A stretch of DNA of 64,000 bases from Zootoca vivipara (taxonomy: Eukaryota), in NCBI RefSeq assembly GCF_963506605.1, contig NC_083276.1, positions 109,306,001 to 109,370,000 of the forward strand. The letters are read 5' to 3'. The notes beneath the pieces were generated by a model, which saw only the letters and a program-made list of their open reading frames with translations, searched no databases and was not told the origin of the DNA. Both the position numbers and the translations under genes were made by a program. This document shows, piece after piece, positions 52,010 to 64,000 of the stretch (its first letter is position 1; each line of letters begins with the position of its first letter).

Positions 52010-52600
52010 GCATTTGGGTTGGGTTTATAAATGCAATCAGAGATTTCTGGGTGCATCAGCATCAGCTTCCAGGGTGTTAGGTAGCATCTATAAATTAGTT
52101 TCAAATTGAGTTCCCTTCTTTTGGTTGAGATGGACTTAAAGGGTAGTTTAGACCACAGTTTAGACCATTGGGTAGGGTTTATTTCATATTTACTCAAATC
52201 TAATGCACACATTTTTTGGCCAAATTGCATTGCAAAAATCAAAGTACACATTCGACGGCACGTTTACATTTGCCAGCAAATACTTTTTTGGTTTCAAGGT
52301 TCTGAAAATTGAGGGGCGCATTAGATTCGGTGGTGCAACAGACTTGAGTAAATACGGTATATCATGCTCCCATTGGTCTTTGATTGAACTTAAACATTGG
52401 TCTTTTAAAAAACTTAAACATGTTGCAGGTGTCCCCCCCAAAAAATGGACCAGAGGTCATTGTATTTCATCCAGCAGAGCTTTACTGCTACTGAAGGCAA
52501 AAGAGCATAATGGTCACAAATCCAACACATTCAGCATTGGCACAGTCCACAAGAAATCCAGTTGCAGCAGACTTAACTTAAACTTACAATAACTTATAAT
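52010..52600 (-). mobile_element. Decayed L1 ORF2 C-terminal fragment
   Basis: QWSKLWSKLPFKSISTKRRELNLKLIYRCYLTPWKL..HPEISDC resembles the vertebrate L1 region preceding the zinc knuckle. Confidence 0.7.
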
Positions 52601-52686
52601 AAGACTAAACCTTAACACTATATACAGAACACCACACTAGAAGGAAAGAGGCAAAGAGACCCAGGCTCCTCCTGAGCTATTATTAT

Positions 52687-52688
<2 letters not shown>

Positions 52689-52731
<43 letters not shown>

Positions 52732-53183
52732 TTATTATTTATACCCTGCCCATCTGGCCGGGTTCCCCCAGCCACTCTGGGTGGCTTCCAACAAAACAGA
52801 AATTCTAAAATACAGAAATCCATCAAACATTAAAAGCTTCCCTAAACAGGGCTGCCTTGAGATGCCTTCTAAAGGTCTGGTAATTGTTGTTCTCTTTGAC
52901 CTCTAGTGGGAGGGCATTCCACAGGGTGGGTGCCACTAGCAAGAAGGCCTGTAACTTGGTTCCCTGTAACTTGGCTTCTCGTAGTGAGGGAACCGCCAGA
53001 AGGCCCTCGGAGCTGGATCTCAGTGTCTGGGCAGAACGATGGGGGTGGAGACGCTCCTTCAGGTATACCGGACCGAGGCCGTTTAGGGCTTTAAAGGTCA
53101 ACACCAACACTTTGAATTGTGCTCAGAAACGTACTGGGAGCCAGTGTAGGTCTTTCAGGACCGGTGTTATGTGATCTCGGCAT
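52689..53183 (-). mobile_element. L2 LINE 3' end (longest copy in the window)
   Basis: VLTFKALNGLGPVYLKERLHPHRSAQTLRSSSEGLLAVPSL..APTLWNALP..FRRHLKAALFREAFNV plus tail and (TAA)n. Confidence 0.92.
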
Positions 53184-53771
53184 GACCGAGTCAAGCATGA
53201 CCTTGACATAAGAGAAGGTGCTTAGAAAAATGTTTACGGGTACTCTAATTTTCCTACTCGCATTGAAATACTTCCCCTCAATGTTTAGGGGTTTGCGTAC
53301 CCCTGCGTACCCACAGGGGGGAATAGCCCTGGCTGTATGCTTCTTCTCCACCTATTCTCAGTGCTGAACTTGCAGAACTCTTCAGGGAGGGAAATGGGGC
53401 AAAAGCAGAAAATAGCCATTGGCTTTGGCTCCAGCAGCTGTTGGTCTCCCTGCCTTCTACCCACCCAGTGCCACTGGGCACTTACCACCACTGATCAGAA
53501 GGAGCATAAGGAGAGCATAAGAAGGATAGCTGTACTTCGGTTTGCATAGTGCTAATTTGGTAATAAAATGCAAGCAGTATGAACGCCACAAGGAGCTGGA
53601 TTTCCAGTAATCAATAACTTGAATTCTTCTTCCTCCTCCCAACAGAACAAGAACATCAGCATTCAGTTTTGCTTCCCTTTAAAGTGGAAAGTCAGGCATT
53701 TTTGCAGATGGACTCAGCTAGATTGGTAAAGAAAAAGTGATTTATATGCGTTGTGTGTGCAACATAACACT

Positions 53772-53790
53772 GCGCCACCAGATGGCGCTG
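53772..53790 (+). promoter_or_regulatory. CTCF-binding motif
   Basis: GCGCCACCAGATGGCGCTG closely matches the CTCF core CCACCAG(G/A)(G/T)GGCGC; an upstream TGCAA resembles the upstream module; retained CpGs in non-repeat sequence. Confidence 0.6.
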
Positions 53791-56700
53791 TGGAATCCCG
53801 TTTTTCCCTACCGGATTTCTCAGTTTAAATTTACAACGCGTTTAACTGAAATGCTTCTTTGATGTGTCTAGATCCAGTCATTGTCTGAGGACTGGGAAGT
53901 CTATCAGGGTCATCTCCATGCCTCTTTTCATTAAAATTACCCTTTTGTCCTGTTACATTATCTTATTGGGAGAAATGAAGAGATTGTTCAAATCTTTTAA
54001 AAGAGAGGAGCTTTTTAAAGCAAATCACTGAGTCGGAATGATTAGAAGTAAGAAACAGCAGGAACACATCAGTCTTCTCCGATATGGCTTACAGCATTAA
54101 ACAGTGTCCTTGAGGAGCAGGAAAACAACTGGCAATTAATTCCTAGAAAGCTCAGAAGGCTTAAAATGCTATGCCCTTTGATTCTGGAACCCTGATATCA
54201 GATCTGTAGGGAAAGACATTGGTTACACTACTGAGAGCAGGGGGGAAAACTCTGCACATGTTCAGGAGTTTTCGTTTTCATCACACCTTTCCTTCTTTCA
54301 GGACTAAGCTCTAGCACTGAAATTAAGCCTTGGAAGTCTGTTACTAGGAAAATTAACCTCAGCGTGTTTTTAAAATGAAACGCACATTGTTGTGGATCTG
54401 GATTGGTTTTTCCAAGAGACTGCCAATTGCAGTAAGGTTGCATTTAACTAAATCATCTTCACTAATGTGAACATGTTGGGATTTTGCTGAAGAGCCATGT
54501 CGTTTGGAAATCTCACACTGAGCTTGAATGCTGGGTATAAAAGTTTCAGGGTTGGCACAGGAGCTTAATTTCATTCGTGTATATGAGGCTCATCGATAAC
54601 CGGTGGCCTAAATACACCACACACACTGCTTTGCCCAGCTCTGTTTCTCCTTCTGCTATACAGGATAACCCATTAGATATATAATATTATGAAGAATAAC
54701 AAAAGAAAAACATTTTAGGGCCCTGAGAAGGTTGGGAAAGGTATTATATAGCAACGGTAGCTCTTGGTAATTATTTTGGGTTATCCAAGCCTCATCTCAG
54801 TAATTCCTACAACTGAATTGTATGGCAGCCTAGTATGAGTCTCCTCTTACTGCCAACATGCCAGTCAGATGAGATCACAATTAGACTGGAACTACACTGA
54901 CCTGTTTAATGTTATTTCCCCCTATTAGAACAATGTTAGATATGTCGTTCTAAAACGTTACAGGGCATACTTGTTAATTAAAACATTTTTTTCCCTTGGT
55001 TCCCCACCGCTCCCATCAAATGCAAGTAATACCCGGCCACACCATTTCCCAAACTGCAGTTTATTTCCCTTCTGCTGGTCCCTGGTTGGTCTGCTCTACT
55101 TGTGCATCCTCAAAATCTGCTCCGGAGAGTCCATCTCTCTGGAGCAGATTCTGTGGTTGTATGAGGGACTTGCACAAGGAGAGGTCTGCTGTGCTAATGG
55201 ACAGCAGCATTGGATAAAGACCTAATCATCATCATCATCATCACCATCTATGAAATATGTTTTGGATTATGTGGATCTGGAACAGAAAATATCTGGCAGA
55301 TAAAAAATATTTTTTATTTTTTTTAAAAAAATCTACAAAAGCAGCACATTGTGGTTAAAAATAAAGTCGAGTGAGAGCTGGCAACAGTTGGGCTGGCAAA
55401 TTGTACAGCTTTGTTATTGTTTTCTACTACCGGTAGCAACATTTTAAAATGCATCATGACATTTAAAGCATCAAAATAAGCATACCGTAATTTTCGCTCC
55501 ATAAGATGCATTTTCCCCTCCTAAAAAGGAAAGGAGAATTCTGTGTGTCTTATGGAGCGAAGGCACGACTCCTCCTCCCTCCGCCACAGCCGCCAACAGT
55601 GGGAGAGGGGCGGGGGAGGGACAAGCAGCCCCACTTTCAGGCTGCTCCTCCCTCCGCCGTCCCATTGCCTCATTCCGCATGCTTGACAGTGAGCTGGGAG
55701 AAGGGACCTGCCTACTTATGTATCACATCCCACACCGATGACCCTTCTCTGCTCTGATGTAGTGCACACATTCTCTCAAGATGCAAGGAAGCAGAGCATC
55801 CAAGAAGACTCACTTGTTTGCTGAGGAAAATACCCACTTGGTTGTTGAGTGAAGAAGCATGTCCTTTTGCCAAACTAAAGGCACCCATCTTGAAAGCATA
55901 TTCTTAAATCAAACAACTGCTTTGATGACTTGAACTCGTGGCCACGTCAAGTTTTATATTCAGCAAAGGGTTGCCTTATAGGGCAGCAATTATCCCATGT
56001 TTCTCTTAAAATATGTTAAAGCATCCCAGCTGAGAGAGTGATTTTTGTGCTTGCTCTTTTAAGAACCCATTCAAAGAGCTAATTAAAACCCATCATTTAA
56101 ATAATCCCTGTATATGTTCATTAAGCTGAGCCCTCTGCAGAAGATATTTGAACTGCTGCCAAAGAGTAAATGGAAGGAACAGATGTTTAATGCAAAAGGT
56201 TATGACTCCGCTATGAGAGTTGAAACAAGCAGGAACTCTTCTCCTGTAATGTTTGTTGGAAGCATTTATTATATTAAGGTTGAAAGAAGGACTTCCTGGG
56301 TCATCTAGTCCATCAGTTCTCAAACTTGCTACCCTTAGGGAATTCATTCTTTCCACACAAGTTCATCTTCATAGATTCCTTCACAGAAGGCTGACCCTAC
56401 CGTTAGGCAGAGTGAGACATCCACCTCCCGCAGCTGTTTTTGGGTCTCCTGAAGGAGCAGAAAATTGTTAGGTGTTTTAATTTATTTTAGTTGTATTCTT
56501 ACACTAAGTGGAAGACACTTGTGTGATTTTTGCAATAAAAATAATAATAACTTGAGTAGCCTGGAGCTTGACTTGTGGGGGTGGGGCGGGCATTTACTCT
56601 TTGCAATGCCTTGTACTGGCTCTGCAAAGGATTCTGGGATGCATTCTAAGGGCATCCTGGAAAATGTCCAATGAATCCTGGAAAGTGACCAGTGCTTCTC

Positions 56701-57131
56701 TGGGGCTGCAGGAGAATATGCTAATGCTGCATAAGCGATCTTTTCAGGAAGCTTATCTGCCATTGCTGATATTCCCATCTGGGAACATTAGGTTTTCTAG
56801 GGAGAACGTTTGAAAACCACTTATATGACTTGGCCCCTGTTTTGCGGGAGAATATCTGTTACGGGTCCCTAACAAACACCTATGCAGAATTTTCCTGGAA
56901 AACTCTAAATGAAGTCACACTACATCCCTAGACAGCTTGCTCTGTATACAAGAAGAAAATATGGTTTGACTTCAGCTGCAGTCAAAAAGCATGCCAAATT
57001 ATCTGGTTTACGGTATCTAGAAGTTTTCTCTCTTCACATTTACTCAGTGAAATTCAGGGAGGTAGCTCAGTAGTAATACTCATGTATTAGAAGCAGAAGA
57101 ATCTAGGTTCAATCCCCAGCACCTACAGGTA

Positions 57132-57500
57132 AAAGGTAAAGGACCCCCATGACAGTTAAGTCCAGTCAAAGGTGACTATGGGGTTGGGGCACTCATTTCG
57201 CTTTCAGGCCGAGGGAGCCAGCGTTCGTCTACAGACAGCTTTCTGGGTCATGTGGCCAGCATGACTAAGCCGCTTCTGGTGCAGCGGAACACCGTGACAG
57301 AAACCAGAGTGCACGGAAACACCATTTACCTTCCCGCCGGAGCCGTACCTATTTATCTACTTGCACTGGTGTGCTTTCGAACTGCTAGGTTAGCAGGAGC
57401 TGGGACAGAGCAACGGGACCTCACCCCGTCACGGGGATTCGAACCGCCGACCTTCCGATCAGCAAGCCCAAGAGGCACAGTGGTTTAGACCACAGTGCCA
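57132..57500 (-). mobile_element. Sauria SINE nested in the Squam2-like SINE
   Basis: 16-bp TSD ccagcaccta(c/t)aggta. Confidence 0.92.
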
Positions 57501-57560
57501 CCAGCACCTATAGGTAGGGCTGTGAGAGACTCCAGTCTGAAACCCTGGAAAACCAGTCAA

Positions 57561-57783
57561 CTGAGGCACCTTCTTCTCAAGAAGATTGAGGGGCCCTGCT
57601 GTGATGACCGGACATCACATGCACAATGCTGTGTGATGTCCTGACGTTGCGCATACAACATTGCAAGGAGCTGTGGGGCAGAGCCGAATGTCCTCTGAAC
57701 ATTGATGGGGGGGGCTGGCCAGGAAAAAACATACATTGGGGGCCCCAAAAAAGTGCCTCAGCCCCTAGGAGCTGGCACCTATG
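57561..57783. mobile_element. hAT-type MITE nested in the Squam2-like SINE
   Basis: 3' TIR AGCTGGCACCTATG; flanks ccagtcaa/ccagtcag. Confidence 0.55.
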
Positions 57784-57892
57784 CCAGTCAGTGTATACAA
57801 CACTGAGGTAAATGGGCCATTCAGTAGAAGGCAGCTTCCTATGAGATATACCTTCCTACACACAGACAAGTCCAACTTGCACAAGGCTTTAA

Positions 57893-58224
57893 AAGGTAAA
57901 GGTAATGGGACCCCTGACCATTAGGTCCAGTCATTACCGACTCTGGGGTTGCGGCGCTCATCTCACATTATTGGCCGAGGGAGCCGGCGTACAGCTTCCA
58001 GGTCATGTGGCGAACCAGAGCAGCGCACGGAAACGCCGTTTACCTTCCCGCTGTAGCGGTACCTATTTATCTACTTGCACTTTGAGGTGCTTTCGAGCTG
58101 CTAGGTTGGCAGGAGCTGGGACCGAGCAATGGGAGCTCACCCCGTCGCAGGGATTCGAACTACCGAACTTCTGATCGGCAAGGCCTAGGCTCTGTGGTTT
58201 AACCCACAGCGCCACCTGCGTCCC
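57893..58224 (-). mobile_element. Sauria SINE
   Basis: 12-bp TSD acaaggctttaa; full head ...CAGCGCCACCTGCGTCCC. Confidence 0.93.
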
Positions 58225-59647
58225 ACAAGGCTTTAACCATCTCACAAAAGGAGCATCATTCACAAAATGGCAGTGCTCAGCCAAGTGAGCATGTGAAATG
58301 CCTCTACCATATGTGAGACTTGTTTAAAATGCTGCTTACCTCCTCCCTAATCCCCATATTCTCAGCCCAGCACATCGCTTCTGAATGGAGAACTACAAGC
58401 AGTCAGCCATTTGCATCAAACAGATCTATCACATTTTATTGGTCACACAACAAAGATCTATAAATATAACTCTCCCACTATCTTTGAATGCTATCCATGG
58501 ACATATATTCTATTAACAACTCTCTTGCTTGCTTTCAAAAGCGAGGACATGTAATGAAGGGCTGGGGAACATGCTGCATAAAACTTTTTTTTTAAAGAAA
58601 ACATGAAGGGAGAACTTAATAAACTTCCAGCTATATGTTCAATAAATTAAGTTTTACATTCTAGTCCCATACCAAGAAATGGAGTAGAAAGAAGCTTTAT
58701 ATTATTATTATTTTAACTTGCAGTTTGAGGATGTTTACTTGGCAACTGATGGGATTTATGGGTATCAGTTGCTAAGCCATGCATATAAATCTTTATGGTC
58801 ACATTTTTGAAAACTACTTACCCCTATCAATAAATATAGAAGTAAACCCTGAAATAAAGCAGGCAAAAGTACAATTGTGTCATCCATGGTGATGCTGTTT
58901 CCCCCCCCCCCCTCCACTAATAAAAACTATGACAATGCAGCTTGGAAATGAGCTTTGCGGGTTCTCAAAAGGATTAGTTTTCTTTCTCATCTATGAAGGT
59001 TGACATGTTTAGTACTGTACTTGATTTAGAAGCTTGGCCTCCCAGGAGGAAAACACTGCTTAGGAACACACCGTTTTGGCAGGGAAACAGGTCATCCATG
59101 CAACCTGAGACCATGAACTGCAGTGGCCTGTCCCGGAATCCTAAACTCATAGGCTTATTTAAGAGCATGTTGTGTGAATGACACATTATCAGAGTGATTG
59201 CTGGTTTTGCTTTTAACACGTATATGTCCGCGTATGGATGTAAAGTGAACCAGCCTTATATGGTTTGACTGTTAGGTGGCCTAAAAGGCCAATTCACTGC
59301 CCAATTATGTAGAAATACTTAAATCAATATGGGAGATCAAATCAAATCCTAGTGGTTCAAGGAAAGTTGGCAGATCTCTCTTTTACAATGTAGTAATTAA
59401 TCATTAATACTGGGTACTTACTCATGCTCTAACTACATAATAAAATATTGTTTCACCTGGAAATGTTTAAGAGGGCTTCGAAACATTATTCCTTCCTCGC
59501 TGCCTTTAGGCTACGATTTTAATGTGGACTAGGAAAATGATATTGCTGCCTGGTTTTGCTTATAGCTTTCTTACCTTTATGAGGGGCTGGTGGTTGTCCT
59601 GGTGCTGGCTATTTTTTAAGATGGTGGATTAAAGTACCTAAACGGTA

Positions 59648-59955
59648 AAAGGTAAAGGTAAAGGGGCCCCTGACCATCAGGTCCAGTCGTGTCCGACTCT
59701 GGGGTTGCGGCGCTCATCTCGCTCTATAGGCCGAGGGAGCCAGCATTTGTCCGCAGACAGCTTCCGGGTCATGTGGCCAGCATGACAAAGCCGCTTCTGG
59801 CGAACCAGAGCAGCACACGAAAACGCCGTTTACCTTCCTGCCGGAGCGGTCCCTATTTATCTACTTGCACTTTGATGTGCTTTCGAACTGCTAGGTGGGC
59901 AGGAGCTGGGACCGAGCAACAGGAGCTCACCTCGTTGCAGGGATTCGAATCGCCA
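59648..59955 (-). mobile_element. Sauria SINE, 5' truncated
   Basis: TSD acctaaa(c/t)ggta; very similar to 38042-38407. Confidence 0.93.
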
Positions 59956-60910
59956 ACCTAAATGGTATTTCATACAAATTGTTGTGTTTGTTTCGTTTTG
60001 TATTCTGGACACAGTTTGGTAGAGGAGTTTTCTCCTTAAAAGTCGGTTTAAAATTTATGAAAGGATAGTGAATATAAACCAGGGGTGTTATCCAACAAAA
60101 TAGTTCTGCTAACAGGAGGCGCTTTTAGCTGCACAATGGAACTTCCCTGCCCTTTCCTCTCATTTTGTGACCCCCACATGACCCGGAAATCTGTTCCAGA
60201 GGCTCCTCCAACCCCCCCCCCGCACCCCCAGAGCAAATTTATGGAACGTGCAGGGAGAGGAGAGGGTGGGAACGTTTCATTGCACAGCCAAAACTCCTTG
60301 CATATTGTTTTGTTGGCTACTACCCCATACTTTCATGCTGTGAAAGTATATACAATAAATCTTGAAAATTAAAATTAAGAAGCAAATGCCTTTTGAGGTG
60401 TATGTAAAAGGAGAAACCTAGCTTTGCTACCATTCTTTGAGCCCAATCAGTTGATTCGTTACATAGCAACAAGGTAGAAAGCTGCCTGACCCTGACTCCG
60501 GCAGTCAGGCCGTTGGTCTATTGAGGTCACTGTTGGTCGCTTCATCACAGAAGCTTGCCAGTTCTTTATTTCTTGACAGCATTTTAAAATAGCAAGATCA
60601 CGGAGAGACTCAAAGGCCATATACTAGTTCATCTCCCACTGAAACATCAGGACCATCTGCTCACCATACCCCCAGAGAACAACTTACGTGATGCAAACCA
60701 CATTATGCCAGTAAGAAGAGGACAGGTGTTCTGCAGAATTCTACTTACAGGGCAAAAAAAAACAGCTCTGGGCTTCATTTTACTGGAGCTTTCTCCCCAT
60801 GTAAAAGCCACTTCTAGAAATAAAGTGGAATATAGCAGCAGTTCATTCAGTTTCCCCAACATTTGGGCTGCATTCGGACAATACTTTATTCCATCTTCGC
60901 AATGTTTCCT

Positions 60911-61059
60911 TAGAATCTTAGAACTGTAGGGTTGGAAGGGACCCTGAGGATCATCTAGTCCAACCCCTTGCAAAGCAGGAATATGCAGCTGCCCCATACT
61001 GGGATCGAACCTGCAACCTTGGCATCATCAGCACCACACTCTAAACAACTGAGCTATCC
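60911..61059 (-). mobile_element. tRNA-Ile-derived SINE with CR1 3' tail
   Basis: Reverse complement ggatagctcagttgtttagagtgtggtgctgatgatgccaaggttgcaggttcgatccc (tRNA-Ile-like) joined to CR1 tail ggggttggactagatgatcctcagggtcccttccaac..gattcta. Confidence 0.85.
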
Positions 61060-61749
61060 ATGGAAAGGTGAAAACAATGAGCATTGTAAAATTTCACCTG
61101 TGAAAAAAAAGAACCTTAGGTTGCAATATTATGGCTGGAACAGGACTGTAATAATCACTAGTGGCCTTTTTCATAGCTACCATGCAGTAAGCAGAAGTAG
61201 ATTTACTGTAAGAGGGTTTTTGTAAAACCGTAGTGTGTGCTGAAACAGTGCAGTATATTTGGAATAGTGATGCTTTAACCTTGGCAGCGCAAACGTTTAT
61301 CAACTCGTAGGCATTAAAAATTATAAAGATGAAAAAGATGTCGAGTCTCATTTGGCTGAAATGTCAGGCACACCATCCCCCCCCTTTTATGGTCCCAAAA
61401 AGAAACCCTGGTATTCCTGATGATCTCATTTTGTTTTCAGTTCCCATTTCTTCCATTCAGGGTGTTAAGCTGGCATTTTACTCTGACTCTGCCAGAGGCT
61501 GCGATTTTGCAAACAGGATCTCCGGGATCATTCTTCACTGCTGCACACAGTGGCTTACGCAGCATTCCTGCCGGTTCTGAAACACAGCCTGGAAAGTTCA
61601 AGTGCATGTATCTTGGCTACATTATTGCAATGAACAAAATGCTGCATGTGCTACAAAAGAAGGGTGGGCTTGGCTGCTGAGTTCCTATTTGCTTCATATT
61701 TTACTTATATTAAAGAGCGTGCAGCTTTGACTTCCCCCACCAGGGCACG

Positions 61750-62506
61750 ATAAAGCTGCCTTATACCGAATCAGACCATTAGTCTATCAAACTCGGTACT
61801 GTCTGCACTGACTGGCAGTGGGTCTCCTGGACTTCAGAGAGTGTCAGGCAGGATGATGGGGAGGAGGAAGAGTGCTGAGAATGGTTAGGAGGGCCCTATT
61901 CCCCTTACAGTTCTCAAAATGGTTTAACAATCAGTTGTTCTCCACAGGAAACTGTGTCATGAACATAGTGGGCTCTGAGGCATAGGGAGCAGTGAGAGGG
62001 GTGCTCTAGGAGGCTGAGGCAGGCAAGGGCTCACAGCTCAGCTCCCTAGCTGGCCAGGTGGGGCCCACTAGCTCTGGGAGGAGGTATGTGATTCTTCAGC
62101 TGCAGTTGGCTTGGAACAGGTGAGGGTCACCTGCCTTGTCAAGCCCAGGTGCTGCAAATAGCATGCAAAGTATAAACGGGAAGCAGAGCTGAGGTGTTGC
62201 ATCTGCTCAACTGCCCATGTTGATGGAAGTTGGCTTGGATGCTCCTGACTGTGCTTCAGGTTTGACTCTGGACTGTATCCTGACAGACTGGACTATTAGG
62301 GTTGACCTGTGTTTCACCTTTGGGCTTTGCTTGTGTGGCTTGACCCCCTGACTTTGGACAGCACATACTGACTTGATGCCAGGTAGGCCCAGGAATTCAG
62401 GGCAGAGAGGGATCTCTTCCAGTCTTACCTGCAGATGCAAGGGATTGAACTTGGGACCTTCTGCATACAAAGCAGATGTTCTGCCACTGAGCTGTGACTC
62501 TTCCCC
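61750..62506 (-). mobile_element. Squam2-like SINE interrupted by a solo LTR
   Basis: Tail aagctgccttataccg..ctgactggcag at 61750-61841; head gggattgaacttgggaccttctgcat..cactgagctg..ttcccc at 62405-62506. Confidence 0.8.
61842..62404 (+). mobile_element. Solo LTR (Gypsy-like)
   Basis: TG..CA; perfect 5-bp TSD GAGAG; TATAAA at about 62171. Confidence 0.82.
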
Positions 62507-62872
62507 ATAACATTTATGTTGCTTATTCCCTGTTGACTATACCATGGGGCAGAGCAACCTTAACCCTCCAGTTTAGGGATGGAGGAGAAATTGATTCAGT
62601 TCACATTTTAACAAAAATAACCTACAAAATATGCACTTTCCCATTCGATACCTGAATGGAAACACAGCTAAACAACAACATTCACACACCAATCCTTAAA
62701 CTCTAAAATGTGTACATTGGCTGAGACTGTGGTGCCTGTTCTCTCAGCCTGGATGAATTGTGCCTTGTCAGCCCGCTCCAAAGTGGGCTATAAAGTCACA
62801 ACCGTTAGCAGATGCAAATGCTTCTGGGAAGCTGTTCATTTGGCATGAAAGGAGAGGGGCTGCCACTGTGGT

Positions 62873-63690
62873 TGTCAGGAGTATGGGCAGGAGTCAGACT
62901 CTGGGGCCTGTAGTGCCTTGCAGGACTGGGGCCTGCCTCAGCTTGTGCTGGGGAAGCAAGGCGTGGCCACACAGGTGAAGACCTCAGCTTGTGCTGGAGA
63001 GGCAAGGAGTAGTCACCCAGGTGAGGCCACTTGAGATCTCATTGCACCTGGTGGCAGGAGCTGGGAGGAATAAAAGCCCAGCATTTCCCTTCAGCTCTTT
63101 GCCACAGCAACGCTATCCCTGCCTGGTTGCATCTGGCCTCCTGCTCCTTGGACCCTCGCCTTGTTGACGCCTTGCTCCTCGACCCTTGGACCTTCGCCTT
63201 GCTTCTTGTTCCTTGGACCCTCGCTTTGTCGACGCCTTGCTCCTCGACCCTTGGACCTTCGCCTTGCTCCTCGACCCTTGGACCTTCGCCTTGCTCCTCG
63301 ACCCTTGGACCTTCGCCTTGCTTCTTGTTCCATGGACCTTCGCCTTGCTTCTTGTTCCTTGACCCTTCGCCTTGCTCCTTGCTCCTGGGACCCTTGCTTT
63401 GCCTTCGCCTTGCTCCTCGACCCTTGGACCTTTGCCTTGCTTCTTGTTCCTTGGACCTTTGCCTTGCTTCTTGTTCCTTGGACCTTTGCCTTGCTTCTTG
63501 TTCCTTGAGCCTTTGCCTTGCTTCTTGTTCCTTGAGCCTTCGCCTTGCTTCTTGCCCCGTGGACCTTCGTCTCTGCCTTGCTCCTTGACCCTGCAACTGC
63601 CTGCTGCTGGACCCTCAGCCCTGCTCCTGTTCCTGCTTCTTCACCACCATCTTGTCTCTGGTCCTGACACCCGCCGACCGGACCGTGACA
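62873..63690 (+). mobile_element. Solo LTR (Gypsy-like) with an internal minisatellite
   Basis: TGTCA..TGACA termini; perfect 5-bp TSD GTGGT (62868-62872, 63691-63695). Confidence 0.9.
63140..63590 (+). repeat. 27-bp minisatellite, about 16-17 units
   Basis: Units ccttgctcctcgacccttggaccttcg and ccttgcttcttgttccttggacctttg; 9-aa periodicity in the ORF track. Confidence 0.92.
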
Positions 63691-64000
63691 GTGGTGAATG
63701 GGCAGGGTTTACAGAAGGGGTTTTCAGCATATGGTGACTCTCAATATCCTGTACCATTACTGCATCAATTCCTATGTCATGTTCTTCATTGAGCATAGCT
63801 GCCACGTTTTCCCTTTTCTCGTGAGGAAGCCTATTCAGCATAAGGGAAAATCCCTTAAAAAAAGGGATAACTTGGCAGCTATGTTCATTGATTGTCTGGT
63901 AGATTTGCCCCCTTTAGTGGTAAGTCACTATGGTTTGGTATATAGACTGCTGGAGTGTATGAAGGTAGGGGTGTGTGTGTACATACAATTGATTTATTGT

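Larger units (their letters stand above)
57056..57843 (+). mobile_element. Squam2-like tRNA SINE split by two insertions
   Basis: Head gtagctcagtag..ggttcaatccccagcacc; middle ggtagggctg..ctgaaaccctgga; tail gccagtcagtgta..aggcagcttcctatg. Confidence 0.75.

Noticed and set aside
59254-59263. Perfect CArG box CCTTATATGG
   Set aside because: Several such 10-mers are expected by chance in 64 kb of AT-rich DNA; no supporting cluster.
60985-61059. tRNA-Ile gene
   Set aside because: Degenerate, fused directly to a CR1 tail, no Pol III terminator; it is a SINE head.
63140-63590. CRISPR-like array
   Set aside because: Head-to-tail tandem units without unique spacers, in vertebrate DNA, with no cas genes.
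63031-63737. Overlapping 115-185 aa ORFs with 9-aa repeats
   Set aside because: Products of the 27-bp minisatellite within a TSD-bounded solo LTR; open on both strands because the unit lacks stops.
36721-64000. Further XIRP2 coding exons
   Set aside because: No ORF resembling the next recalled XIRP2 segments or Xin repeats; consistent with a long intron, although short divergent exons could be missed and the 200-N gap may break contiguity.

Overview
Eukaryotic, vertebrate DNA. The repeat complement (Sauria/Squam1, Squam2- and Squam3-like SINEs, L2 LINE ends with (TTA)n tails, CR1, hAT and Tigger MITEs) points to a squamate, probably a lacertid lizard. The window is almost all non-coding and rich in transposable elements, with three N-gaps. 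The only protein-coding piece I can support is one + strand exon at 36592-36720 that matches my recollection of the first coding exon of XIRP2 (RRKIERFDIPLEDLRSRFE, phase-0 GTAAGA donor). Its 5' half looks eroded into UTR, and a candidate MEF2/TATA muscle promoter lies about 3.5 kb upstream. Everything to the right is probably XIRP2 intron. Nearly all listed ORFs are artefacts of repeats or microsatellites. The most interesting signals are RNA structures inside mobile elements. Two divergent copies of an LTR/DIRS-like terminal repeat both keep an ENE-like U-rich internal-loop motif about 330 nt upstream of AATAAA, and a Penelope element carries a minimal hammerhead ribozyme with a G-to-A core change. 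All family assignments are from memory and pattern recognition; no searches were run.
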